Of a stretch of DNA of 64,000 bases, positions 48,727-57,528 are shown piece after piece. The stretch's first letter is position 1; every line of letters begins with the position of its first letter. The stretch lies in the NCBI GenBank assembly GCA_045617525.1, contig JAZLIT010000265.1, forward strand, positions 7,247-71,246, in the 5' to 3' direction. The position numbers were made by a program, and so were the translations under genes. Origin of the DNA: Solibacillus sp. GTDB lineage: Bacteria; Bacillota; Bacilli; Bacillales_A; Planococcaceae. Under the pieces are notes generated by a model. The model searched no databases. It had not been told where the DNA came from and saw only the letters and a list, made by a program, of their open reading frames with translations.

Positions 48727-50175
48727 TCAAAATGATTCCTCATTTTGCAACTCTAAATTCCCCGCCATCACTTCAACTACAGTATTTAAGTAAGCTAAAT
48801 CATACATTGGTAGTAAAAGGGTAAATGTTGTTCCAGCCCCTAGTTCAGAATCCACCAAAATTTTGCCGCCATGCTCATTCATTAATTGATTTGAGATACT
48901 TAATCCTAAACCTGTTCCTTTTCTCTTTGTCGTGAAAAACGGATTGAATATTTCCGATAAAACTTGCGCGTTTATACCCGGGCCATTATCTCGAACAGTA
49001 ATTAAATAATCATTTTCTTTTTGGGTTAAATTTATATATATATCTCCGCCCACACCACTTTGCTCCATTGCTTCAATTGAATTCTTGATGAGATTAATAA
49101 GTACTTGCTTTATACGAAGTCCATTACAATTTACATAATAATCAAAAGTATGGTCATACTCAAATTGAATTAGGCAATCGCTCATTAATGCTTGTGGCTG
49201 TAATGAATCGATTGCTTCTGTGACAATTGGGAGGAGTGAGTTTTGCTGATATAAATCATTTTTAGGGTTGGCTAAAAATAATAAATCTGATGTTAACGAT
49301 TCGATTTTAGAAAGTTCACGATCTATAACCTGTAAATACGATCTATTTATATCAGGATTTTTTAGTAGCATTTGAACATAACCTTTAATAGAAGTCAAAG
49401 GGTTATTTATTTCGTGGACAATTGAAGCGGTACTATGCCCAAATATGTTACTACCTAAATCAGAGGTTAATGCAGGTTTTTCATCTCTAGAAGTAAAGCT
49501 GGTAATTAAAAATTGAGGATCCTCATTGACATAGCTAATCAATTTCACTGCAGATCGTTTATTCCCCTCAACTTTATGGACAATTATTTCGGAATACTTA
49601 TCGCTAGATATTCTCTTATAATAGGCCATTAATTCTTCTTTATCATATTCAAATGAATTAAATATTTCCTCGTATTGAAAGTATGTCTTTGTTTCTTTAC
49701 TTAATTGGAACTGATTCGATGCTATATGATTATAGTCTACGATTATACCGTTCAAATCAGAAATTACTACACCTTGATTTAAGTCACTAAACATTTTCAA
49801 TACATTATTAAAATTTTTCTTTCGATAATGATTTGATTCCTCATCAGAATTAATAGAAATGATTCTACATAAATAGAGATCCTTCTTTTTTACATACGTA
49901 ACATTTAAAGTAACTCGAACTTGTTCATCCAATTCATTCATAATCCAAATTGTACTACGTTTATTTAAGCTTTTATCGTAATTTTTTTTCATTGATACCC
50001 AATGGATTAAAAATTCTTTAGTAAAATAAAACTTCTTAACAATACTATGTTCTCTTAATAAAGCTTTTGCGTTGTTATTTTTATATTTAATCTCACCTAC
50101 ATTATTTAAAATGATAAACGGCTCATCCTGCTTTTCGTATATTTTAGTAATTGCACGATAAAAGTATACTCCCAA
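48727..50175 (-). CDS. soluble PAS-domain sensor histidine kinase (orphan, sporulation-kinase-like)
   Basis: TTG start 50175 with AGGGGGGG 7 nt upstream. No TM segments. H-box SIVHEINNPLTSIKGYVQML, N box LINLIKNSIEAM, G1 DNGPGI, G2 GTGLGLS. No response regulator is adjacent. Confidence 0.88.
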   Translation of the reverse strand: MGVYFYRAITKIYEKQDEPFIILNNVGEIKYKNNNAKALLREHSIVKKFYFTKEFLIHWVSMKKNYDKSLNKRSTIWIMNELDEQVRVTLNVTYVKKKDLYLCRIISINSDEESNHYRKKNFNNVLKMFSDLNQGVVISDLNGIIVDYNHIASNQFQLSKETKTYFQYEEIFNSFEYDKEELMAYYKRISSDKYSEIIVHKVEGNKRSAVKLISYVNEDPQFLITSFTSRDEKPALTSDLGSNIFGHSTASIVHEINNPLTSIKGYVQMLLKNPDINRSYLQVIDRELSKIESLTSDLLFLANPKNDLYQQNSLLPIVTEAIDSLQPQALMSDCLIQFEYDHTFDYYVNCNGLRIKQVLINLIKNSIEAMEQSGVGGDIYINLTQKENDYLITVRDNGPGINAQVLSEIFNPFFTTKRKGTGLGLSISNQLMNEHGGKILVDSELGAGTTFTLLLPMYDLAYLNTVVEVMAGNLELQNEESF

Positions 50176-50213
50176 ATTATTGCCCCCCCTTTATTTTCAA
50201 TATTATTATATCT

Positions 50214-50240
50214 ATATTCTAATATTCTAATTATTCTAAT
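50214..50240. repeat. three tandem copies of TATTCTAA(T) in the divergent promoter region
   Basis: tattctaa at 50214-50221, 50223-50230 and 50232-50239 (period 9 nt), between the kinase gene and the radical-SAM gene. Confidence 0.6.
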
Positions 50241-50364
50241 AATTGGTTTTTGTACCTCGATTATCTCATATTTTTTTTTTACATAAAATGGGTATTTTTT
50301 ACCATATTGTTTGACTGCGAAATCACTGTTACAATTAGGTTTATGACGTAAGGAGAAGATACCT

Positions 50365-52101
50365 ATGAATATTATTTTAGCTACATTAAATGCCAAGTAT
50401 ATCCACACAAATTTAGCGATTCGCTACTTAAAGGCTGCCGCTAGACCAGAATTTGACCCAGAACTTGCTGAATATACGATTAAAGACCCAGCATTCAACA
50501 TTGTTTCCGATTTATTCCAAAAGAAACCAGATGTTGTAGGTTTTAGCTGCTATATTTGGAATATTAACGAAACAATACACGTAATTAAAATGTTGAAGAC
50601 CGTACTACCAAATGTGAAAATTGTCCTAGGTGGCCCAGAAGTTTCCTATGACGTTCACGAATGGTTAAAAAAATACGATGAAATTGATTTTATTATTATG
50701 GGCGAAGGCGAAGTTTCATTTAAAGAAATGCTACGCCACTTTAATGGTGAAATTCCACTTGAAGAAGTACCCGGTATTACGTATTTGGTTGATGGGAAAG
50801 TAAAAATTCATGCACAACCGGCAAAAATTGATTTACGAGACATTGCATCCCCTTTCCATTTCGAAGAGGATTTACCTCATCTCGGTAAACGCATTCAATA
50901 CATTGAAACGAGCCGTGGCTGTCCGTTTAGCTGCCAGTTCTGTTTATCAAGCATTGAAGTTGGCGTACGCTATTTTAACCGTGAAAAAGTCAAAGAGGAT
51001 ATTCGCTTCTTAATGAACAATGGTGCGAAAATAATTAAATTCGTTGACCGTACATTCAATATTTCTCGTAGCTATGCGATGGAAATGTTCCAATTTTTAA
51101 TTGATGAACATCAGCCTGGCGTAGTATTCCAATTTGAAATTACCGCAGATATTATGCGTCCTGAAGTAATTCAATTCCTTAATGATAACGCACCAAAAGG
51201 ATTATTCCGTTTTGAAATCGGCGTACAGTCTACAAATGATTTGACGAATGACCTTGTAAAACGTCGCCAAAATTTCGAAAAACTTACTCGAACTGTAACA
51301 ATGGTAAAAGAAGGTGGGAAAATCGATCAGCATTTAGACTTAATAGCTGGTTTACCTGAAGAGGACTACGCTTCTTTCCGAAGAACATTTAATGATGTAT
51401 TTGCGATGCGTCCAGAAGAACTTCAACTTGGTTTTTTAAAGTTATTACGAGGGACAGGTCTTCGTCTTGAAGCGGAAAAATACGGCTACACTTATGTAGA
51501 TATTTCACCCTATGAAATATTCTCAAATAACGTATTAACATTTGATGATATCGTTCGTATTAAGCATGCAGAGGATGTTCTCGAGAAGTATTGGAACGCT
51601 CATCGTATGGACAATACGGTCGAATATCTAATTAAAGAAGTTTTTGAAACACCGTTTGATTTCTTCCAAGGGTTCGGTACCTTCTGGGAGGGGAAAGGCT
51701 GGTCTCGTATCGGTCACCAGTTAGAGGATTTATTCCGTCGTTTAATTGAATATCTTGAAACATTACCACATGTTGATTTAGAAATCGTGCGCAGCATTAT
51801 GAAACTTGACTATGTACAAGCTCAAACATTCCAGCCACGTAAACCTTGGTGGAATGAGCGTCCATCTGAAGATGAGTTGCGCCAAGTGTTTGCTCGTTTG
51901 AAAGCTGACCCAACAATTGCTGGTGAAGAATTTGCTGCGATGAATATTTCTGAAAAGGATTTATTTAAGCATTCATTTATCGTGCCATTCAATATGGACC
52001 TACATGCATATAATGAGGGCTCAATTGTCGGCAATGAAGGCTACTTATTTGCATACTTCCACCGCGGTCAACAGCCATATATGACATCGTTTACTAAATA
52101 A
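50365..52101 (+). CDS. B12-binding-domain radical SAM protein with C-terminal DUF4080-like extension
   Basis: 578 aa. N-terminal cobalamin-binding-like domain (MNIILATLNAKYIHTNLAIRYLKA). Radical SAM cluster motif SRGCPFSCQFC (CxxxCxxC). Long C-terminal domain. AAGGAG RBS. Confidence 0.88.
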   Translation: MNIILATLNAKYIHTNLAIRYLKAAARPEFDPELAEYTIKDPAFNIVSDLFQKKPDVVGFSCYIWNINETIHVIKMLKTVLPNVKIVLGGPEVSYDVHEWLKKYDEIDFIIMGEGEVSFKEMLRHFNGEIPLEEVPGITYLVDGKVKIHAQPAKIDLRDIASPFHFEEDLPHLGKRIQYIETSRGCPFSCQFCLSSIEVGVRYFNREKVKEDIRFLMNNGAKIIKFVDRTFNISRSYAMEMFQFLIDEHQPGVVFQFEITADIMRPEVIQFLNDNAPKGLFRFEIGVQSTNDLTNDLVKRRQNFEKLTRTVTMVKEGGKIDQHLDLIAGLPEEDYASFRRTFNDVFAMRPEELQLGFLKLLRGTGLRLEAEKYGYTYVDISPYEIFSNNVLTFDDIVRIKHAEDVLEKYWNAHRMDNTVEYLIKEVFETPFDFFQGFGTFWEGKGWSRIGHQLEDLFRRLIEYLETLPHVDLEIVRSIMKLDYVQAQTFQPRKPWWNERPSEDELRQVFARLKADPTIAGEEFAAMNISEKDLFKHSFIVPFNMDLHAYNEGSIVGNEGYLFAYFHRGQQPYMTSFTK

Positions 52102-52110
52102 TAGTTCCTA

Positions 52111-52147
52111 GCAGTTCATTTCCTTTGCGAAATGAACTGCTTTTTTA
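52111..52147 (+). terminator. rho-independent terminator of the radical SAM gene
   Basis: gcagttcatttc / gaaatgaactgc perfect 12-bp stem followed by tttttt. Confidence 0.9.
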
Positions 52148-52153
52148 AAATGC

Positions 52154-52197
52154 AAAAAAGTACCACCATTTGAATTTTCACATCAATGATGGTACTT
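52154..52197 (-). terminator. rho-independent terminator of the ktrD-like gene
   Basis: aagtaccaccatt / aatgatggtactt (one mismatch). U6 run on the minus strand. Confidence 0.75.
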
Positions 52198-52208
52198 CTT
52201 TATTAACT

Positions 52209-53558
52209 TTAGCCAATAATGACACGCTCTGTCGGATACTGGTACGGCATTTTCTTTTGTTTTCCACCTAAGGAATATAAAAAGGAAATTAACCCCACAC
52301 GACCTATAAACATTAACATCATAATAATGATTTTCCCAATGGAGGATAAATTCTCGGTAATTCCAAGTGACATTCCACACGTTCCAAAGGCTGATGTAAT
52401 CTCAAATAAGATTTGTGTAGCAGTAGCATGTTTTTCCGTTATTAATAAAATAATTGTTGCAATAAACACCATGAAAACCGCTAAAATAATCACGACAAAA
52501 GAGCGATATACATCAATCACATGAATTTGCCGGTTAAAAACTTGAATTTCCGGATTCCCTTTTGAGTATGAAATCAAAAATAAGATTGCAATCGCAAAGG
52601 TTGTTGTCCGAATCCCGCCTCCCACCGAACTCGGTGATGCCCCAACAAACATGAGGAAGCTCATAAAGACATCTGTGGCCTCACTAAACATCCGCACATC
52701 ATACGTCGTTAATCCAGCCGATCGCGTTGAAACAGAATGATAGAGTGCTGAGAATATCGCTTCATGCCATTTCATTCCTTTAAAAGAGGAGAATAATTCA
52801 ATTATATAAATCCCTAATGCACCCACCACAAATAATCCTGCATAGGTAGCCGTCGTAATTTTCGTAAATAAACTAAAGCGAAACGTCTTATGTCTATTAA
52901 ATAAATACGTTTTCACTTCAATCAGTACTGGGAAGCCAATTGCACCGAGCATAATTAATACCATCGTTATAAATTGCACGAAATAATCTGTATGGAATGG
53001 CTGCAGGCTCGTCCCTGTAATATCAAACCCACCATTAGTCGTAGCTGAGATGGATGTAAATATCCCATGTGAAATGGATTCCTGCCAAGTTTCAAAATAT
53101 CGTTTAAAGTGAATGGATAAAATAATTGCGCCAATTAGCTCAATTAATAATAATAACTTTATAATCTCACGAATTAATTTTACAACGCCCGCTAAGTTAT
53201 TTTGATTGTTGTCAATCATCAGTAATTGACGTTCTCTCATGCCAATTTTTTTCCCTACAATCAACCATATAAATGTTCCAACTGACATAATTCCAATTGC
53301 GCCAAACTGCAATATGACCAAAATCATAATCAAACCAAATGACGTAAATGATTCCGAAATATTAATCGTCGTTAAGCCCGTTACACTTACTGCACTGACT
53401 GCTGTAAATATGGTATCTAATAGTGAAATTTCAACGCCCGGCTTGCGAACCCAAGGTAAAGATAAAAGGCCAACCGAAACCGCTATGGCTAAGAAATAAT
53501 AAACTACGAGGATTTGGAATGGCGTAATTGTCCGCTCTCTTAATTTTTCTATTCGCAA
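52209..53558 (-). CDS. ktrD: Ktr/Trk-family K+ transporter membrane subunit (KtrB/KtrD)
   Basis: 449 aa. Repeated M1-P-M2 units with selectivity-filter-like glycines (SVTGLT, TTNGGF, TRSAGL, FGTCGMS). Confidence 0.85.
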   Translation of the reverse strand: MRIEKLRERTITPFQILVVYYFLAIAVSVGLLSLPWVRKPGVEISLLDTIFTAVSAVSVTGLTTINISESFTSFGLIMILVILQFGAIGIMSVGTFIWLIVGKKIGMRERQLLMIDNNQNNLAGVVKLIREIIKLLLLIELIGAIILSIHFKRYFETWQESISHGIFTSISATTNGGFDITGTSLQPFHTDYFVQFITMVLIMLGAIGFPVLIEVKTYLFNRHKTFRFSLFTKITTATYAGLFVVGALGIYIIELFSSFKGMKWHEAIFSALYHSVSTRSAGLTTYDVRMFSEATDVFMSFLMFVGASPSSVGGGIRTTTFAIAILFLISYSKGNPEIQVFNRQIHVIDVYRSFVVIILAVFMVFIATIILLITEKHATATQILFEITSAFGTCGMSLGITENLSSIGKIIIMMLMFIGRVGLISFLYSLGGKQKKMPYQYPTERVIIG

Positions 53559-53640
53559 TTTATCACTCCTTCAGTAAGCTTTTTGTGTAAAAAAATTTAA
53601 CATATATTCGTCGGATATGATAGCGTAAATTTATATAATA

Positions 53641-53685
53641 AAAAATCTAGCACATAGTAGTAACACTTACTACGCGCTAGATTTT
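53641..53685 (-). terminator. rho-independent terminator of the TerC gene
   Basis: tctagcacatagtag / ctactacgcgctaga stem (two mismatches on plus, better on minus). U-run on the minus strand. Confidence 0.7.
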
Positions 53686-53696
53686 ACGTTATTCAA

Positions 53697-54488
53697 TTAT
53701 ACTTCTTCGTCTTCTGTCACTTCTTGTTGATTTGTTTCTTTTTTCTTCTTAGCTACGCTCACAACATAAGAGCCAATTGCTAAGCCCAATAATACAACCC
53801 AGAAAATTACTTTCCATGTTGTAGAGTGCGGGAAGTGAGGATCAATAATTGCTAACTTCTCATGACCTAGAGCTAATACCGCTAGCTTAACCCCTACCCA
53901 ACCTACAATTAGGAAGGCACCTGTTTCTAGTGTCGGATAATCATTAAGGACTTTCACGAACCATTGTGCAGCAAATCGCATAATTACAAGACCAATAAAT
54001 CCACCCATGAACATTACTGCGAATGGACCAGCATTAATGCCTCCAACCGTCATGTCGCTAATATGTGGAAGTGTCATTGCAATTGCAACGGCTGCTAACA
54101 TTGAGTCAATCGCAAATGCTATATCTGCTAACTCTACTTTTAAAACAGTCATCCAGAAGCCTGAACCTTTACCATCTTTATGTTCATCATCCTCATCTTG
54201 CTTTTTAAAATGATTATCATATAGATGCTTGAGCGAAATAAATAATAAATATGCAGCACCAATTGCTTGAATTTGCCAATACTTCGCTAAAATTGTAATT
54301 AGGAATAACGCGATGAAACGGAATAAGAACGCTCCAAATAACCCATAAAATAATGCCTTTTTCTGTTGTTCACGAGGTAAATGTTTAACCATTACAGCCA
54401 TTACGACCGCATTATCTGCAGCTAATAGTCCTTCTAAGAAGATTAAAACTAATAATACCCATGCATATTCCAATAAGATTGCTTCCAT
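53697..54488 (-). CDS. TerC-family membrane protein (YkoY-like, likely Mn2+ efflux-related)
   Basis: 263 aa. LEGLLAADNAVVMAV and ADIAFAIDSMLAAVA TerC repeats. Preceded by a yybP-ykoY riboswitch, as is B. subtilis ykoY. Confidence 0.9.
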   Translation of the reverse strand: MEAILLEYAWVLLVLIFLEGLLAADNAVVMAVMVKHLPREQQKKALFYGLFGAFLFRFIALFLITILAKYWQIQAIGAAYLLFISLKHLYDNHFKKQDEDDEHKDGKGSGFWMTVLKVELADIAFAIDSMLAAVAIAMTLPHISDMTVGGINAGPFAVMFMGGFIGLVIMRFAAQWFVKVLNDYPTLETGAFLIVGWVGVKLAVLALGHEKLAIIDPHFPHSTTWKVIFWVVLLGLAIGSYVVSVAKKKKETNQQEVTEDEEV

Positions 54489-54573
54489 GGAATAGATTCC
54501 TCCCTTACTATAGCTATACCCATTTAATAGCCATTTAATATCATTATTTCCTATCCTATCCTTTTAAGAGGGC

Positions 54574-54612
54574 AAAAGAAAAAGACCCATGCCTAATAAA
54601 AGGCAAAGGTCT
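54574..54612 (-). terminator. expression-platform terminator of the Mn riboswitch
   Basis: Minus strand reads agacctttgcct-tttatt-aggcatgggtct then tttttctttt. Its 5' arm reuses the 3' strand of the aptamer closing helix (cctttg). Confidence 0.8.
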
Positions 54613-54853
54613 TGCTAAGCAATAACATCTCACTTTAAGGGCACTAAAAAATCTACCTCAGGTACTATCAAGAACGAATCTAAGGTTTTGATTTAACTGC
54701 TCTAAAAGTCCGATTGGTGAAGTCTAACAATCAGTATGGCAAGGAACAACCTACTGTTTGAAGTTTCACCCTATGCTAACACACCCGATGGTTCCTAACC
54801 ATGTAATGACGAATGTGTAGTAAGTACAGAATACTTATAGCTACTCCCCTTTG
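54602..54853 (-). promoter_or_regulatory. yybP-ykoY (manganese) riboswitch aptamer with an unusually long internal region
   Basis: Minus strand starts caAAGGGGAGTAGC (54840-54853) and ends TTAGCAAGACCTTTGCC (54602-54618). These are the two conserved halves recalled from the L. lactis/B. subtilis yybP-ykoY motif. The AAAGG/CCTTT closing helix is possible. It sits upstream of a TerC gene. Confidence 0.8.
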
Positions 54854-54891
54854 ACAAAATGTCAACGGATATTCAATTAATGTATACTTAC

Positions 54892-54920
54892 ATTTTATCT
54901 TTTCACAAATTTAATTGCAA
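54892..54920 (-). promoter_or_regulatory. putative sigmaA promoter of the riboswitch-TerC unit
   Basis: Minus strand: ttgcaa (54915-54920), 17-nt spacer, taaaat (54892-54897). Confidence 0.5.
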
Positions 54921-54935
54921 TCATTTTATTTCGGT

Positions 54936-54966
54936 AAAAAACAGAGGGAACTAAAAATTCCCCCTG
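54936..54966 (-). terminator. rho-independent terminator of prfC
   Basis: Minus strand reads cagggggaa-tttttag-ttccctctg followed by tttttta. Confidence 0.75.
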
Positions 54967-54973
54967 CCCATAA

Positions 54974-56545
54974 TTATAATAAGCTATATAACTTAATATT
55001 TTCGTTTTTCTCATTGAACCAGCGCATTGCAAATTCATTTTCGAATAAGAATACTTTGCTATCAAAACGGTCACGCACTAAAAGTGATCGAGAAGAGTGC
55101 ATTGACTCTTTTACCTCTTCCTCATTTTCAACCCAACGTGCAATTTTACTTCCAATTGGATCCATTTTTACTTCCACATTGTATTCACCCATCATACGAT
55201 GTTGGAATACTTCAAACTGTAATTGACCCACAGCACCTAGAATAATTTCTTCTGTGTGTAGCGTTTTAAAGTACTGAATCGCACCCTCTTGCACTAATTG
55301 AAGTACGCCTTTTTGGAATTGCTTCCCTTTCATTACGTTCTTCGCAGAAACGCGCATAAAAATTTCAGGCGTGAACTGTGGTAATTTCTCAAAGTTAAAC
55401 GTTTTCTTACCACCTACAACAGTATCGCCGATTTGATACGTACCTGTATCATATAACCCAATAATATCGCCTGCAACCGCTGTTTCAACCGTCTCACGAT
55501 CATCGGCAAGAAATTGCGTTGATTGGGTAACTTTAAATGATTTACCCGTACGTGAAAGCGTCATATTCATTCCGCGATTAAATTGACCCGATACGATACG
55601 CACAAATGCAATACGGTCACGGTGTGCTGGGTTCATGTTTGCTTGAATTTTGAAGATGAACCCTGAGAATTCACCATGATCAACTGGATCGATAAATTGC
55701 TCATCCTCTGTAATACGAGGCTGAGGTGTTGGCGCAAACTTTAAATACGTTTCAAGGAAAGTCTGTACCCCGAAGTTTGTCAAAGCTGAACCAAAGAATA
55801 CTGGTGTTAATTCACCACGATCAATTTTATCGCGTGAATAGGCGTTACCAGCTTCATTTAAAAGTTCTATATCGTCCATTGCTTGTGAATAATAAGAAGT
55901 TACCTTCATTGGATGATCTACTGCTAGATGACCATTTTCATCGATTGGTAAGAAACGCTCATCTTCTTCAGTACGGAATTGCTCGATACGTTCATTGTAA
56001 CGATCGTAAATACCTAAGAACTCTTTTCCCATACCGATTGGCCAGTTCATTGGATATGCATTAATGCCAAGGCTAGATTCAAGTTCTTCAATTAGCTCAA
56101 GTGGCTCTTTCCCTTGACGGTCTAATTTATTAATGAACGTGAAAATTGGAATACCGCGCATCTTACAAACTTTAAATAGTTTTAATGTTTGAGCCTCGAT
56201 ACCTTTGGCAGCATCTACTACCATGACAGCACTGTCTACTGCCATTAATGTACGATACGTATCTTCCGAGAAATCTTGGTGACCAGGTGTGTCTAGGATG
56301 TTCACTCGGTGATTGTTATAATCAAATTGCATTACTGAAGATGTAACCGAGATTCCACGTTGTTTCTCGATTTCCATCCAGTCAGATGTAGCAAATTTGC
56401 CTGATTTTTTCCCTTTTACTGTACCCGCATCGCGAATCGCGCCACCGAATAATAGTAGTTTTTCTGTTATCGTCGTTTTACCAGCATCCGGGTGAGAAAT
56501 GATGGCAAACGTACGACGAGATAATATATCTTGTTCTAAAGTCAT
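54974..56545 (-). CDS. prfC: peptide chain release factor 3
   Basis: 523 aa. [28 protein letters not shown] GTPase motifs and RF3-specific C-terminal domains. Confidence 0.96.
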   Translation of the reverse strand: MTLEQDILSRRTFAIISHPDAGKTTITEKLLLFGGAIRDAGTVKGKKSGKFATSDWMEIEKQRGISVTSSVMQFDYNNHRVNILDTPGHQDFSEDTYRTLMAVDSAVMVVDAAKGIEAQTLKLFKVCKMRGIPIFTFINKLDRQGKEPLELIEELESSLGINAYPMNWPIGMGKEFLGIYDRYNERIEQFRTEEDERFLPIDENGHLAVDHPMKVTSYYSQAMDDIELLNEAGNAYSRDKIDRGELTPVFFGSALTNFGVQTFLETYLKFAPTPQPRITEDEQFIDPVDHGEFSGFIFKIQANMNPAHRDRIAFVRIVSGQFNRGMNMTLSRTGKSFKVTQSTQFLADDRETVETAVAGDIIGLYDTGTYQIGDTVVGGKKTFNFEKLPQFTPEIFMRVSAKNVMKGKQFQKGVLQLVQEGAIQYFKTLHTEEIILGAVGQLQFEVFQHRMMGEYNVEVKMDPIGSKIARWVENEEEVKESMHSSRSLLVRDRFDSKVFLFENEFAMRWFNEKNENIKLYSLL

Positions 56546-56614
56546 TTTATTTTCGTCTCCTTTTTTACATACTGTTTCATTTTAAAAGACTTATGCTACT
56601 CGTTACAACCTTTT

Positions 56615-57175
56615 TTACTTATTGTGACGAAATTTAATGCACTTATTGTACATATACCATAGTAAATAGCCAAAAAAGATCGCAATCGCATTCAAAATGA
56701 CATCATCAATGTCGACACTACGCCCAATAAAGTACTGTGTCCCCTCAATAAATAGTGGAATTAAAAGCGAAATCAAAAGCGCAGCAAGCAGGCTTCTACA
56801 TCTTTTCCATAAATACGGTAGGAAGTATCCGAATGGAATGAATAAAATGATATTTCCCGCTAGATTATAAAATGCAATTGATGCAAACGGCCCCTTAAGA
56901 AGCTCTATATAATGTGAAATTGTATGAAACGGAATTAGATTAGCAAACCCCATACCCCGTTCAAAATCAAATACAAGCGCACCATTCATTATGTAAAACC
57001 GTGGAATTATTGTTTGTGAAAAAATGCTGACGCAATAGAAGAAAAATAATAGCATAAGAAACTCACGCATTATTCGTAGCTTCTGTTTCCGTATAATAAG
57101 AAATCGAAAGAGGATATAAAATGGCAACGTAATAATACAATAGCCGATCATACTACTAATAAAAGATTGAATCAT
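56615..57175 (-). CDS. VanZ-family membrane protein
   Basis: Polytopic ~186 aa. C-terminal GRSVDIDDVILNAIAIFFGY is typical of VanZ-like proteins. ATG 57173-57175 preferred, because the track GTG 57187 lies within the GGAGGTG RBS. Confidence 0.72.
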   Translation of the reverse strand: MIQSFISSMIGYCIITLPFYILFRFLIIRKQKLRIMREFLMLLFFFYCVSIFSQTIIPRFYIMNGALVFDFERGMGFANLIPFHTISHYIELLKGPFASIAFYNLAGNIILFIPFGYFLPYLWKRCRSLLAALLISLLIPLFIEGTQYFIGRSVDIDDVILNAIAIFFGYLLWYMYNKCIKFRHNK

Positions 57176-57322
57176 ATGTAAAAACACCTCCGATTTATAA
57201 GGACGAACTAGCGTAGGAAAGGTTTTTGCTGGATAGCCACCTTAACTAGCAGCTATGAAATTTTATATTTGGATTTAGACTGCTTGTCCTGGAATTTTTA
57301 ATACTTCCAACGCTCATCCCAC

Positions 57323-57361
57323 AAAAAAGCCGCTCTTCTTACCTAAATAAGAAAAACGGCT
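57323..57361 (-). terminator. rho-independent terminator ending the M42-murE-169aa transcription unit (downstream of the IR element)
   Basis: Minus strand reads agccgtttttctt-atttaggt-aagaagagcggct followed by tttttt. Confidence 0.75.
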
Positions 57362-57362
57362 C

Positions 57363-57500
57363 CTATATAGAATGACGTGCGCTTTCACGCAAATGTCTAA
57401 ATTGCTGAGTTTCGTTGAACGTAGTTGGTCAGTAGTCAACGGGAACGGCGTAACTAGTCACATGTGAATGGTTTGCAGTCGTTGATGTCATTCTATATAG
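57363..57500. repeat. 138-nt non-coding element bounded by perfect 14-bp terminal inverted repeats
   Basis: ctatatagaatgac (57363-57376) and gtcattctatatag (57487-57500) are exact reverse complements. The interior has competing helices (tcaacg / cgttga / tcaacg) and no RBS-preceded ORF. Confidence 0.6.
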
Positions 57501-57528
57501 CTAGCTTTGGAGTCTCACCTCAGCTAGT

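Noticed and set aside
50106-50408. 100-aa minus-strand ORF bridging the kinase start and the radical-SAM start
   Set aside because: It covers the divergent promoter region and overlaps both real genes. It has no RBS and an AT-rich codon artefact.
54915-55245. Plus-strand ORFs 54915..55226 and 55027..55245 (and 55726..56064)
   Set aside because: They are antisense to prfC, which is unambiguous.
57400-57450. tRNA-like look of gtagttggtcagtag within the IR element
   Set aside because: No complementary D-stem, no T-loop (GTTCGAATC-type) and no acceptor stem can be drawn.
57372-57467. 31-aa plus-strand ORF (MTCAFTQMSKLLSFVERSWSVVNGNGVTSHM) and a 20-aa minus-strand ORF inside the inverted-repeat element, considered as a type I toxin
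   Set aside because: Neither has a Shine-Dalgarno sequence or a hydrophobic toxin-like helix. The element is better explained as non-coding.
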